Translations under genes and position numbers: made by a program
DNA from: Stegastes partitus
Taxonomy: Eukaryota
Assembly (NCBI RefSeq): GCF_000690725.1
Contig: NW_007579125.1
Location: forward strand, 84,004-119,455
Direction: 5' to 3'
Length of the DNA stretch: 35,452 nucleotides
The notes under the pieces: generated by a model
Databases searched by the model: none
Told to the model about the DNA's origin: nothing
The model's input: only the letters and a program-made list of their open reading frames with translations
Shown here: positions 20,636-32,438 of the stretch, in pieces
How the letters are laid out: each line of letters opens with the position of its first letter
Numbering within the stretch: position 1 is the first letter of the stretch

Positions 20636-21840
20636 CTGGATGGGAAACAAGTAAAAAACACTCTGAATGTGTCTAATAAAAATAGGTATAACCTCATACT
20701 TCCTGTGTGCTCTGTCATGTTTGTCTGCTTTGCTTATTCTTACTGATGCATCAACCTAAAACTTGGCTGTCAGAACACTTCAACTGAAAAAAAAAAAGCC
20801 ACTCGCTTGTCTCTCTCGCTCAAAAGATGCTACGACAACAATCAGCTGCGTTCAAAGAAAATGAACACGTAAGGACAAAAAAGCACCTCTGGCTTGCTGG
20901 ATGCAAATGAAAATGCAATGTTTTTTTTGTCATCTAACTTTGTTCTGGTCTCATAAAAGTCCAGATGAAAATCAGACAGTTAAGCATCCAACAACCACAT
21001 GAGAGGCTCTGTGAGGACTTAGAGCCAAAACATGCTGATATTTCCTGGAGTTGCATTCAACTAAAACATTACTGGGGCTTCTGAAATTCACCCATAGAGA
21101 GACGTTATGGGAATACGTCATTTCAAAGAATAGTTCTGCAATAAACTATGGAAACATGTAGGAGGATACACAAGGAAATACCTGATAAAGACTTTGTTAA
21201 TATCGTGGAGTGTTTTTGCTGGATGCAAGCAAATATGTACAAAGACGATTCACCGGGTAAAGAGCCATGATTTGATATCATCCATGAATGTATTTAATTG
21301 GAAGGTTAAACCAGTTTAAACAGGATCTCGGTGAGAAACACTATATATACTAGGTCAAACAAGTAGCTTAACCTCTTAAGACCCACGTTCTTGTCTGACA
21401 TGCATTTTATTTTTTTTTACCTTGCTTTTCAATCTGATCAAATTGCAAATAGCAATAAAAAATATTTATAAAATAAAAATATATTTAGAAAGCATCTAAA
21501 ATAAAATAACAACAACAATAATAATAACAATAATAAATACTGTAGACGCCAGGTCTTAAGAGGTTAACTGTTTAAATAAGGAATTACTAGAAATAAAAAA
21601 ATATTGTGAAAACATGTTCTTTTTTTTATGTTAGATTTGTCCTGCTGAAACATGCTGTTGTTTCCACATAAAAATGACTACATTAGAAAAAAATCTGCTT
21701 TTTCTCATATACAAACTTCACCGTTTTGATAAAATACACACATTTCCATTTTTCACCAGTTCTTGTGATTTAATTTAAATAAAGTTCAGAAGCTACAATC
21801 CAATTGAACCTCAAACACCCACACAGACACACACACACAC

Positions 21841-21990
21841 CTTCAGAAGAAACTGCGGGTCACAGGCAGAAATGTCCTTCGCCAGCTTTATGATGTTGGT
21901 CCAAACGCTGTCCTCTTTGTCCCACTCCTCCTGGCCTGGAGCTTTGCTCTTATTAACCAGGGAGCAGCACACAGCGTTCAGCAGCAGATA
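21841..21990 (-). CDS. tep1: tep1 exon (start of TROVE): YLLLNAVCCSLVNKSKAPGQEEWDKEDSVWTNIIKLAKDISACDPQFLLK
   Basis: Acceptor 'ctgaccttcag'. The donor 'AAG|gtgtgt' runs into the (GT)n. Matches TEP1 'LLSLLCSTLVSEVNMNNTSDPTLAAIFEICRELALLEPEFILK'. Confidence 0.8.
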
Positions 21991-22126
21991 CTGAAGGTCA
22001 GGCAGAAACACATCAAGTTAGACTCACATTAATCAGCACCAAGGAGTTTAATTTTGGAGCACTGAAATGCAAAACTTGACACTATTCCAGTGACATTCAT
22101 ATGCAGTGTAAAATGCTTTCTCTTAC

Positions 22127-22324
22127 TTTTGCATCTTTCAGGTCCTCTTCAACCTGTTCATTTCCTCTTTCAACCTCTGCAAAATCCTCCTGTATGACGG
22201 CCACAGTTTGGTCCTGGTCTCCCGACTCTGTTTCCAGAAAAGGTACTTGCGCTGCTGTCCCAGCATCAGCCTCCACCTCCTCCTCCTCCTCTTCAGACCA
22301 ACTCTCATCTTCCTCTGAACACTG
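22127..22324 (-). CDS. tep1: tep1 exon (acidic linker): QCSEEDESWSEEEEEEVEADAGTAAQVPFLETESGDQDQTVAVIQEDFAEVERGNEQVEEDLKDAK
   Basis: Acceptor 'ttatacatcag', donor 'AAA|gtaaga'. Corresponds to the acidic region of TEP1 ('SEEKKGAETQ...GEEEEVEDLAVKL'). Confidence 0.7.
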
Positions 22325-22465
22325 CTGATGTATAATAAGTTACACTAAAAACTGGATACATCAAAAATGGAGCTGGCCAAATAGTTTGAATAATTCTAAA
22401 CTAGCAGCCCACTCAATTCTACTTTCAGTTTATGCTAAAACACAAACGAAGAATGATTCATGTAC

Positions 22466-23007
22466 CAAACTTGTTTCTTCAAAACAGGACTGCATGACTT
22501 CAGATATTTCCTCTCCGTCTTCGTCTACTCCTTCAACCTTTTTCTGTTCTCCGCCCAGACCATGAGGGAGGAATGAGGGAGCGTTAGCAAAGCGATTGAG
22601 CAGAGCACCGCTGGGCAGGGATGTGGAAAGCAAAGAGGCATTGGGGACAGAGGAGGTCAGGGAAGAGGAGAGAAGCAGTGAATCACTAGTTAGGAGCTTG
22701 TTCTGGGTGCTGAGGAGGGGTGAGGTGAGAGAGGCAGCGTAGGAAGAGGTGGAGAGCAGGGAGGACGAGGTGGAAGACAGACTAGAGGGCTGGAGCGCAG
22801 GGCAGGAGGAAGGCTGAGCAGCAAAGTTTATGAGTGAAGAGCAAGGCTGGGGCATCACCAACGTGGTCTGAGCCAAGAACTTATTCTCCAGATTCGGTGG
22901 AGAATAGTTGGAGGACAAGCTTCGTCCACATGTGGCCGGCGGCTGCTGCTGCTGCTGCTGCTCTCCTGGAGCCACGCTGACCTGCTGTAAAGTCAGCGCC
23001 CTCATCG
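22466..23007 (-). CDS. tep1: tep1 first coding exon. ATG at about 23005 (MRALTLQQVSVAPGEQQQQQQPP...). S/L/T-rich TEP1 N-terminal repeat region ('SLSSTSSSLLSTSSYAASLTSPLLSTQNKLLTSDSLLLSSSLTSS...') with an in-frame (CAG)7 polyQ.
   Basis: The acceptor 'ttctccacag' sits 2 nt upstream of the first ATG, so at least one 5'UTR exon lies further upstream. The composition matches the TEP1 N-terminal repeats. The 3' donor 'TTG|gtacat' is weak, so the lower boundary is uncertain. Confidence 0.6.
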
Positions 23008-24709
23008 CTGTGGAGAAACACATCAATCAGAAGGTCAAACCGAAGCCTCTCCTCTCATTTACAAACACTTTTAATCCCACACTTCATCAAGTACTGAAAT
23101 AAGCAGTTCAGCAGCATTCTTTCTGCTGTTTGAGCTAGCATTGTACTGCTGCACTTTAGGGTGTGTTGCTCAATAAAACCGTCCACAACAAGGGAACAAA
23201 GTCTGAAAAGTGTAAGAACAACACCCAACAGGCAACAACATAATGGAAGGAGTTTCATTAGGACACACATTTATAGGGATATCTATTGTCAATATATGAG
23301 TTTCCATCAATTAGTTGTGTGGTCATAAAGTGTCAGAAAATGGAGGAAAATGTTGATTTGTGTGTCCCATGTTTCCCTTCAATGTCTTGTTTTCCCCACA
23401 AGCCAATGATTTTCAGCTTAATGTCACAGAAGAGGAAAGAAATCAAAAATGCTCCAAGTTATCCTGCAATCTCCAACTATCAGTTAATCCACTTTACAGT
23501 CTACAATCAAAAAAATGCTCAAACCAGTTTATTAGCTATTAAATAAGCTGATGGTTGATTTACTCGTTGACACCTAATGGTTAATCATAGCAGCTCTGTA
23601 GATAACATGAAGAATGAATGAATGATGGAGCAAAGCCAATGGAAAAGAATTAAGCATGAAGAAAAGGAGCCTTGTGCACACCAAAACATGAGCTCGAGCT
23701 AAAAGGAAAACACTTTATACTCACAGACAAGGTTAAAACACAGATCAAGTAGCTGCAACTCCAAAGTCCAAAGCTAAAGTATTTGGTGCTGCTAAATCAC
23801 TTTGTGACATATATTTACATGAATATAAAGAGTATCAGACATTAAAAAAAACACATCAACCACTGAATTCCACCGCCACAAACGAACTCAGCTGTGATAT
23901 TAGTCAGCATTGAACGTTGGTGAAGCAGCTTCCTACTTGTTTGCAATGACTCAAGAGTTTGCATAGGCGTGGTGGTTAGCTGCTAGCACCGACGCTAAAC
24001 CCTGAAAACTCACCGCAAAACCCACAGTTGACCTCCACGGGCAGAGAACTACTCTGAACAAACGTGTCTTCTGGTCATAAGATGATAGTTCAATGCACTG
24101 CGGTCTTGTTCAATGTTTGGGAAGCCAAGTGCAGCTGCTGATTTCCAGTAAATGTCCTCATCCGTGCAGCTGCTTGGTTACTCAGAAATATGGACGGCGT
24201 TGATTGGTCAGTTAATTGTGTACTTTTTTACCGTAATAACTTCCATATGGGCGCGTATGGAAAAAAATATTAAATTTAAAGTAAAACAAAAGCAGAATTT
24301 GAGAGAAAAAAGTAATTATAGACGAATAAAAACGTATATAAATGTGTTTGCGTTGTTTATTGTTTTAATTAGAAAGTCTTCCGGTGACACCGTGGCGTTA
24401 CCGTAACTATTCGTGCGCCGCTCAAAGAGGAAGCGAAAATGCTGTATTTCCGCTGCAGCAGCGAGAACGGGCACGTCCAAAAAGAAAGGAAAATGTGGAC
24501 AGAAAGGACAAACTGAGGCCGGAGAAACAGCATCGAACCACCACCGTGTTCTTCGCAGATGCTCGGTAACGAGGCTGTGGTTATTATTTAAAGCTCCCAG
24601 CCGAGTATTTGACGGTTTAAGGGTCGTTTCGAGGTTAACCTCGTCCCCTTGTTCAGTTGGTGATTCGCCTTGAGGAAGCAGCTCGGCGGTTAGCTAGCCT
24701 GCTACAGAG
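23008..24709. promoter_or_regulatory. Intergenic head-to-head segment between tep1 (-) and the znrf gene (+), probably a bidirectional promoter. It becomes CpG-rich at about 24380-24709.
   Basis: The two divergent genes are separated by about 1.7 kb. CpG density rises towards 24400-25250. An ETS/GABP-type 'accggaag' lies on the minus strand at about 24378-24387. No TATA box is evident. Confidence 0.45.
24014..24150 (-). other. tep1: Candidate non-coding 5' exon of tep1, ending at the minus-strand donor 'gcg|gtgagt' (about 24014). The TSS is undefined.
   Basis: A 5'UTR exon must exist because the coding exon begins at an acceptor. 'ttttgcggtgagtttt' on the minus strand is the best GT donor in the interval. 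Confidence 0.2.
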
Positions 24710-25235
24710 ATGGGGACCAGAGCAAGTCGCCTCCAGGAGGACCCGGTTCCCTCGGCTTTCGGGAAAGACGGCACAAAGCGGGATTCCTACCGGCGACCCC
24801 GCTGCGCCAGGCCCACCAGCCTCGTTGTCGACGTCTCTGTGAGCTTCGAGTACGCGGAGGCCAACCGGAGCCGATCGGAGGAAGGCAGCGACTCGGACCT
24901 GGGGCAGCATGGGGCGAGCGCCGACGGCAGCCCCGCCGACCACCACAGCATCCCCTCCAGCATTAGCCAAGCGTCACCCGCCGACGACAACAACAGCGAG
25001 GGGAAACCCGAGGAAGACGGCAACGTGAGCCCGGAGGCTGCCGTCGACGCAGAGCACCAGCCCGGAGAGGAGACAGGCCGCACACCCCACCGCACCTTTT
25101 CCGAGCGGCTGCCCGGGAATCGCCACTCTTCCACCCGCAGCGTTGGCGCAAGATCCGCCCGGGTCCGAGGCACGCACCAGCGGCCGGTGTCCGAGGCTTG
25201 GATCGGCCTGTACCGCGTTAACAACCGTCATGGCA
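24710..25235 (+). CDS. znrf2: ZNRF1/2-family E3 ligase exon 1: MGTRASRLQEDPVPSAFGKDGTKRDSYRRPRCARPTSLVVDV...SEAWIGLYRVNNRHG. It carries an N-myristoylation consensus and a long low-complexity S/P/A/D/E-rich region.
   Basis: The ATG has a Kozak context (G at -3, G at +4). The 175-codon ORF ends at the donor 'GGCA|gtaagt'. 'MGxxxS' is the N-terminal signature of ZNRF1/2 proteins. This is a GC-rich CpG exon. Confidence 0.8.
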
Positions 25236-26593
25236 GTAAGTTAACATGTTAACTCAGTGCAGCAGTATTATCTGTGCATGCAGTTTTCAATATTTGTGCC
25301 GCATGAGTAGCAATTGTCTGGTAATTGCCTGGTGGTTGTGGTTTGCCTTGCTTTTACATGTTTAACATGCAATAACCCATTTAAAATATGGAATTCATGG
25401 GTGTATTAGAGCTTTACAATATCAGCAAAATTAAGTTACTCAATACAAAAGTTAAAAAAAAAAATAATGCAGGAATGTGTGTTATGACTGTTGATGCTAT
25501 TATAACACAACTGATGTTTAACTGAAGAGGAGTGGGTGACTGGTTCTGAGAAATTCATAGTGATACAGAAAGGAAAGGCATGTAGTAGGTCGGGGTATTC
25601 ATTGACAACTTGACTCAGTCTTCTTGAATATATAACTTTCACTCCAAGGCAGCCTTTCAAGCAAAGGAAAATAGCTACGCTGTTCTAGGATGTCACTCCA
25701 TCAAAATATATTCCAGTTCAACCCTCAATCTGCCCAGTCTGAAATTAAAATGGATTATTTGAGGAATTTACATTCCTGAACAGATAATCTCTTTTCCCGT
25801 GCTTGCAGGCTGACTGAAAGCATCAGAGACCCTATTGTATGAAGCAGAACTGTGGCGTAAAACTGGAAGTGGTGACATACAAGCTCTTTAATGTCACAAC
25901 TCCCGCTGACAGTGTTTTTCAGTGGCACATCCAGCGGCGTGCAAGTCGAAAACATTAAGCAACCAACTGTCTTTTTTTTTGTTTTTCCTCTTATTCAACT
26001 GCATTAAAATGAGAAACATGAGTTTGCAAAGGAAGTGGTAATGCAACGTCTGTTTGAGTTAGATAATCAGATTCACAGGGAAAGTGGTGATGTGACGGCA
26101 AACGTGACATTTTGAGCCAAAACGCAGCAGTGTGTGGTGGGTTTTCCCGGGCCAGCCCTCTAGCAAGTGTAGGGAAATGGGTCACAACTTCACATGCCCG
26201 CTCGCTGCTGGCAGCCGCTCAGAGATGGAGGAGGGGGGAATGTAGGGCAGCAAAGGCGGCGTTTCTGCCTGTCTGTCCCCGTCCATGCATGGCTTTCCCT
26301 CGGGCCTGAGTCACTGTTTTGAGCAGTGCATACAGTCAAATAAAGCTATTTCAGGTCAGTTACATTGCGGTAACATCGCTCGCTCTATCTCTGGAATGAG
26401 AACACAGCATTTCTACTTGGCTGACCGTGTTTCCGTCTGCTCATTGCTTTGCCGTGTCGGCCTGTGTAATCTAGATGTCCAAACGCAGCACGTGTGCCCG
26501 TCGTGATGTGTGCATCATCCATCATTTATATCTGGCTGTGACACACTGTGTTAATATCAGCCGTTGTGTCTCTTCCCCGCCTCCCCCCTTTAG

Positions 26594-26689
26594 ATATCCG
26601 CTGTCCTTTCTGCTCGAAGCCTTTCCCTGGGGGTCGGATTGAGGATCACCTGTTGAGCTGCCTCACGTCTCCTCCCCTACCTTACAATA
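26594..26689 (+). CDS. znrf2: znrf exon 2 (C2HC/UBZ-like zinc finger): (N)IRCPFCSKPFPGGRIEDHLLSCLTSPPLPYN
   Basis: Acceptor 'ccccctttag', donor 'A|gtgagt'. Matches ZNRF1/2 'FKCPVCSKFV..DEMDLHLVMCLTKPRITYN'. Confidence 0.85.
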
Positions 26690-26794
26690 GTGAGTATCAT
26701 ATCACAGAAATGCCCCCAACAGCTGTGTGTTGTTGTTTTTTTAAAAATATGCTAGATATACTTATTGTTGCTTTGTGTGTGTGTGTGTTTACAG

Positions 26795-26900
26795 CGGATG
26801 TTCTCAGTAAAGACAGCGGAGAGTGCTCCATCTGTTTGGAGGATCTGGTACAGGGAGAGACCATCGCCAGGCTGGCTTGCCTCTGCGTTTACCATAAGAG
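26795..26900 (+). CDS. znrf2: znrf exon 3 (RING-H2, first half): (T)DVLSKDSGECSICLEDLVQGETIARLACLCVYHK(S)
   Basis: Acceptor 'gtgtgtttacag', donor 'AG|gtaaaa'. Matches ZNRF2 'EDVLSKDAGECAICLEELQQGDTIARLPCLCIYHK'. Confidence 0.9.
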
Positions 26901-28951
26901 GTAAAAAAAAAAAAAAGCTCAGTTGATGTATGGCACTACAGTAGAATCCAGGGCAGACAAAACCAAACAACAGAGGGTAAAAACAGAGCCTTTTTGTGAC
27001 TGATAGCGATTGTAGGGAGTGAGACATTAAGGTATTAATATATGAAACTATATATTTTTTCAGCTGTATTGAAAAGGACAAATTTTGTCATCATTGTATA
27101 TTAATTTTCCAGCAAAATATTTCACCCACTAGTTAGCAGCTTTCCATAAAGACGCTGCTTTACTCCGCACCACTGTGTACTCTGATTGTAAACGTTAGCA
27201 TCGGTGCAGGACAAACTACAAGACGACACCACTTCAGAATAACCCCAAGCATCTTTTTCTGTATTGTGATCTGTTTTTATACAGGACGGCATATACGCAG
27301 ATAAAGATACGTCTGTGCTAGTGGTGAGATTAAAAAATGGCAGCTCAGAATTTGGGCCAGAGAAATCTATTTCCAGATCTGAAAACAGTGTGGTAGCCGG
27401 TCTAAGGAAGTAAAAATTGTTTTGTACTCGTGAACATACAAAGTGGCCCCTTCTGATAAATACAGACCGATCGTCCTCTCCCGTGATATAACGTTCTGAA
27501 GTTATCTCAGCAACCACTGCAGAGTTACAGTCGTTAAGAATCGTTATTTTGGAAATAAGATAAGGTGGATAAAAGCAAATATGTGTTCACGTTGCTTAGC
27601 TGAGTAAATGTTTGTCTGTGATTCTGTAGTTTAACAATTTATTTTAAAAAAGGAATCAAATATTTGCCAACGAGAGCTTTTACAACTGTGAAAACAACTG
27701 CGCCGTCATTGCATTTTAATTAGACGTATTCACAGATCCACCAGAGTTTTGTAAGATTCTTGGAAAAATAAATTGCTCTGAAGCTGTAAAAGGACCACCA
27801 GTGTTTTCGCCTGTTTCAGCCCATTTACTGCAAAACAAGGTCTCATTTTCAAAGCACGCTGTAATGTTCAACACTCGGTCTTTCCGAACTTCCAAAGGGC
27901 GACTGGTTTCCCAGCACAGTAAGGATTTACCAGAATTACATAATCCATCATAGGGAAGGTCCTGTCTGCTTTTTTTTTTTTTTTTCCTTCTTCTTCTTTT
28001 CAGGTTTGTCAAAGTTATGTCATTATTATGTGTTTAGGCAGATTTAAATGCCGACAGACTTGGAAAATCCACATTCCTTTTTCACCCAGCAGGAACCATA
28101 ATGTTTAACTGTGGTGAGAGAAAATAGAAATTCAGGTTTAGGCTGTAATGAGAGGTAATTTCACATGAAGCACACAAGCTGTCTCTTGTTCTTCAAGTCT
28201 TTTGTGTGTTTCCATTTTTTTTGCACCACGGTTTCTAGGTGCAGCTGTTTGAATAATCCCTAACTGAAAGTTTAATCCAACCACTGACAAACTGAGATTT
28301 GGAAAACTCCTGGAAATTTAGAAGCAAAAAAGTGGCGAAGCTTAAAATCATTACACGCTACACTTTTTATTTTATTTTATTTTGTTTAATTTAAACTATG
28401 AAACCCACCTATTAGTGTTGGGCTGTAATATTTCTATTTCTGATTAACATGCCAATTATGTTCTTTATTTAATCCATTAGTCATTTGACTCATGAATTAT
28501 CAGCAGACAGTAAAAAAATGGCACCACAGTAATCTAAATGTCTGCATGTGGTCTTTATATTGTATTGGATCAATAGAAGCTCAAATATACTCGGGTAACT
28601 ATCCAACAAAGGAGAGACAAAGCCACAAGTACTTAATGTTTATTCTGTCTTATCTACTGATTGTGTTCCAGCTAATTGTTTCAGCTTTAAGTCAATAATT
28701 AAACCAAATCAAATTGAGCACCGGCCCTTCTCATGTCTGTGGTCCTCCGGCCTTAAACTTGTTCACAGCCGGCTGCAGTGATTACATTTAATCTGGTTTC
28801 GCGCTCACAGTAAGTAGATTAGGCCTCGAGGGAGACGCCACAATCAAAAACACACCTTTGAGCTTCTGCCACATTAGCACGAGTTAATCAGAGTGCATTG
28901 TTCTGCTGCCTCCACCCACAAAGCCTAAATCGGATTCTGTCTCCTCCGCAG

Positions 28952-29009
28952 CTGCATCGACTCCTGGTCCAAGGTGAAGCCCTGCTGCCCCGAACATCCC
29001 TTCGATTGA
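28952..29009 (+). CDS. znrf2: znrf exon 4 (RING-H2, second half, plus stop): CIDSWSKVKPCCPEHPFD*
   Basis: Acceptor 'tctcctccgcag' with phase 2 continuity (AG+C). Matches the ZNRF1/2 C-terminus 'CIDSWFEVNRSCPEHPAD'. TGA at 29007-29009. Confidence 0.85.
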
Positions 29010-29473
29010 CTCACAGGTCACATGGATTCTGCACAGTGACCAACCCGACTCAGGTACATACGCGCCACGCTCACCAGGACATGCAGTTGTATAGTAAAAA
29101 TAAAAAGGGACAGTGGAATTAAATATGGCCAGTAGTGCCCCCACAAAAGTACAATTGTAGTGAATTCATTAGGTATGGCATGACATTTTCAGCATTTATC
29201 CTTCAGTGGTGATTCTCACAGTAACAAATCATATACTGCTGTGAATGTAACACTGCTTGAAACCACAAAGTGACGACAGAGTGAAAAGCTGCAGCATTAA
29301 ATCCAAACTAGGGCATTTTAACATTCATTTTATTTTACTGGGGATTGCAGAATATCAGATTTGATAATTGGCCACACCAATTATCGGTCAATCATAGCAC
29401 CTACAGACACATAGACATAATCAATATCCAGTATTAACTGATTAGTTTTTGTTTAGGCCACATAATAAGTTGA

Positions 29474-29836
29474 AATGGCTGCAAGGTGTCACAGTTGGTA
29501 GCACTGTTGCTTCGCAGCAAGAAAGTCGCCGGTTCGCGTCCTGGTGGGAGCACTGGAATCTTTCTGCGTGGAGTTTGCATGTTCTCCCCGTGCAGCGTGG
29601 GTTCTCCGGGTTCCTCCCACACAGTCCAAAAACATGTTGAGGTTAATTGGTGATTCTAAATTGTCTGTAGGTGTGAATGTGAGTGTGCTTGGTTGTCCGT
29701 CTCTAAGTGTAGCCCTGTGATAGACTGGTGACCTGTCCAGGGTGTCTCCTGCCTTCACCCTGAGTCAGCTGGGATAGACTCCAGCTCCCCACGACCCTAG
29801 TGAGGATTAAGCGGTGTATAGATAATGCATGGATGG
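29474..29836 (+). mobile_element. tRNA-derived SINE copy 2, the more complete copy
   Basis: A box 'cacagttggtagc', B box 'ggttcgcgtcc', conserved body and a 'ggatgg' tail. It is the paralogue of 15920-16252 and lies inside the putative znrf 3'UTR. Confidence 0.85.
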
Positions 29837-32399
29837 AATACGTTGAAATGTTCCCTTACGGGTGCTGAAACAACAGCTGCATATTTGGTGTCATTATCAA
29901 ATTATTTCATTTAGCAAAAGACACTGAAGTCCTTCAATGCAACATGTTCAAACACAACAACTGATGGAAGAACTTTGCTGGTCAGTAAATGGTTTAACAC
30001 GTTTCATGTTTTAGTCCAAAAACAAAAGCATAAATAAGTAAATCTGAAGGTAGATTTCCCACCAGGTTTTTGTTTGCATGTGTGTGTCTGTAGTTTTACA
30101 AAATCAAATGCAGTTTATGGCACATCGACATCAACATTCTTCAGCTGTGAAGTGCATTAAGTCAAGGTTGAGTTTTCAATAAAAGTTTTGATTTTTTTTT
30201 TTTTTTAAAGCTGTTACTGTATCCATAGCAACAATCATTTCTTGTTCCCACAAGAAACTGAAGGGTTGGGTGTTAATCTGAACTGTTTTCTCGTTTATCT
30301 ATGACAGCTGTAATCAACAGTTCGCTCCAGTATTGATTTATCTGGTGGTTGCTTTTTTTTAATTTGATCATTTTAACAGAAAACAGTAGAGAATGTCTCG
30401 TTTTAGTTCAACCAAAGATAATCAGTTTATTACCACGTAAGAAAGTCCCCAAATGAACCAGTGACTGTTTGGCAGTTCTGATTGATTTGTTGATCAATCG
30501 TTGCAGCTCTAAAAGAAACATGCTGACACATCATATTTGTTGTCTTTTCGGAGTTTGTCATGTCGTTCAACTACACTTAAAAGCGCAACAATATTTTTAG
30601 GAGGGTTTTGTTTGGCAGATGCTTCACTGAACAGCAGTTGAAATACTTTATATGGTTTTTAATGCATGTCATGATATGAGCAGTCACACTACAATGTTGT
30701 GTTTATGTGACTTTTATTTCAACCATTTGTCCAGCCTTGTCGCAGACTTTATTCAAATACAGTTAAATTTAAATATTATGTCTAATGTCCACTCTTTTTT
30801 TTCTTCTTCCCCTCTCTTACAGGAGACTACACTGAATCCCAATATTAAAAAAAAATCCAAATAACAACATGTAATTGAACAAACAAAATCCCACTGTCCC
30901 TTCTCAGACGCAAACCGCAAAACATTTGAGTGGAGAACAGACGATCCTGAGAGGAAGCCACAGCCCGCGGCACCGGGCGCTCTCCGCTCGGATCGATCGA
31001 TTTGATCTCGAACCATTTAACGCCAAACTCCCAAACGGCGAAAAGCAGCTGCTCCGTCTCTGATCCGTGGTGGAGACCCTCGTTGGAACAGGAACAATGG
31101 CGTTTCCCGTCTATTCTGTGGACTTGAACCCGCGGAACAATACAAAAAAAACAAACATAGTTATCATCCCAGAATGATTTTGAACCTGGGGAGGAACGCC
31201 AAAACAAAACAAAACAAAAAGAAGAAATTGTCTTAACTGTGACTCTGGATCCTCTCCTGTGTACTTTTTTTTTCTCCCTCCCTTCTGAACCGGATCGATC
31301 ATTTTATCAAGTATTTTGCAAAAAGAGTATTGTTCCATGTCATACATTGGATGAATGTTTTCTTTCCTCGGCTCACCCCAAATGAACCAAACCTCACACT
31401 GAAAGCCTGAAACTGTTGCCACATAAACGTCGCTTTACTTTGGATCGAGCTGGAGGTTGAGGGCTTGTCTTTGGTGAATGGGGGCTGCCGTTATTAGGTG
31501 TTCTCTGTTTTCTATGACCTGTAAACATTTCAGGGGAAGTTTGGGGGCTTTTTTTGTTTTCTTTTGTTTCTTTTTCTCAGTCAGTCGGTTTCCTGTAGGT
31601 TGTTAGTTAGCGCTGACTTTAATGTGCTGCTACTTGCTGAGTGTTTTTTAGGTATTTCATAGGGCCATAGTAGCGCCGGTGTTGGCACCAATTTGAGCAC
31701 TTTTGTCCCTCAAGGCTGATTTTCTTTCTTTTTCTTTTTTGACGTACGGTCTGGGATAAGATTGCGTGTTTGTACGTATGCGTTCTGATGATGACCAGGG
31801 ACTGTACACGTCCCGAGCACGGCTGTATAATCGAGAAAGCGTGTGTGTGTGTTTACTGTAAATTGCCCAGACGTCTGCTTGGTCAAGCGGGTTACAACTT
31901 ATAAAACGTGTTTTTTTTTTTCTTAGCCGCAAACATCCTGTCACATGTGGCTTTTTTTTTTTCTTTGGTACGCGACATGGTGGCTCACGTGGTCCGGTTG
32001 TACTTTGGTTTGGGTGTTCTGTCCCCCTTTCCTCCCTCCTCATCCTCCTCTCAAAGGGGGTTGTTCGGATTTATTTTTTTGTGTTTTGTTTTTTTTTTTT
32101 TGGACCAGGCCCTAAGCGTCAGTTTCGCCATCTGGTTAAATCAATGCCAGATCTGGGGAGGGATAAAGGGACGGATGGATGGAGGGATGTATTCTTGGGG
32201 GCATGTTTACACCATGTGGTATCTGCCTCGCTCCACAACACTGGAGGCTATGGACAGCTGATGGTTAATTATTACATAAGCAGCCCCCTCCCCTTTCCCC
32301 CTGTTGTTTTTTTGTTTTTTTGAAGGGGAGGATTTTAGCTATGATAATATCACATTGCTCATGATTATTGCTAAATGTGTTCAAATGGCTTTCCTTTTG

Positions 32400-32405
<6 letters not shown>

Positions 32406-32437
<32 letters not shown>
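32406..32437. repeat. (GT)16 microsatellite
   Basis: Direct dinucleotide repeat. Confidence 0.95.

Positions 32438-32438
<1 letters not shown>

Noticed and set aside
24653-25252. Minus-strand ORFs (24653-24970, 24787-25224, 24963-25151, 24974-25231) lie antisense to znrf exon 1.
   Set aside because: They are GC-rich antisense artefacts. The plus-strand frame has the MGxxxS start, Kozak context, a donor, and continues into conserved zinc-finger and RING exons.
31657-32261. ORFs of 128 aa (minus) and 117 aa (plus) lie in the T-rich and G-rich block.
   Set aside because: The translations are low-complexity (poly-K, poly-F) and driven by A/T homopolymer runs. They show no domain similarity and there are no splice sites.
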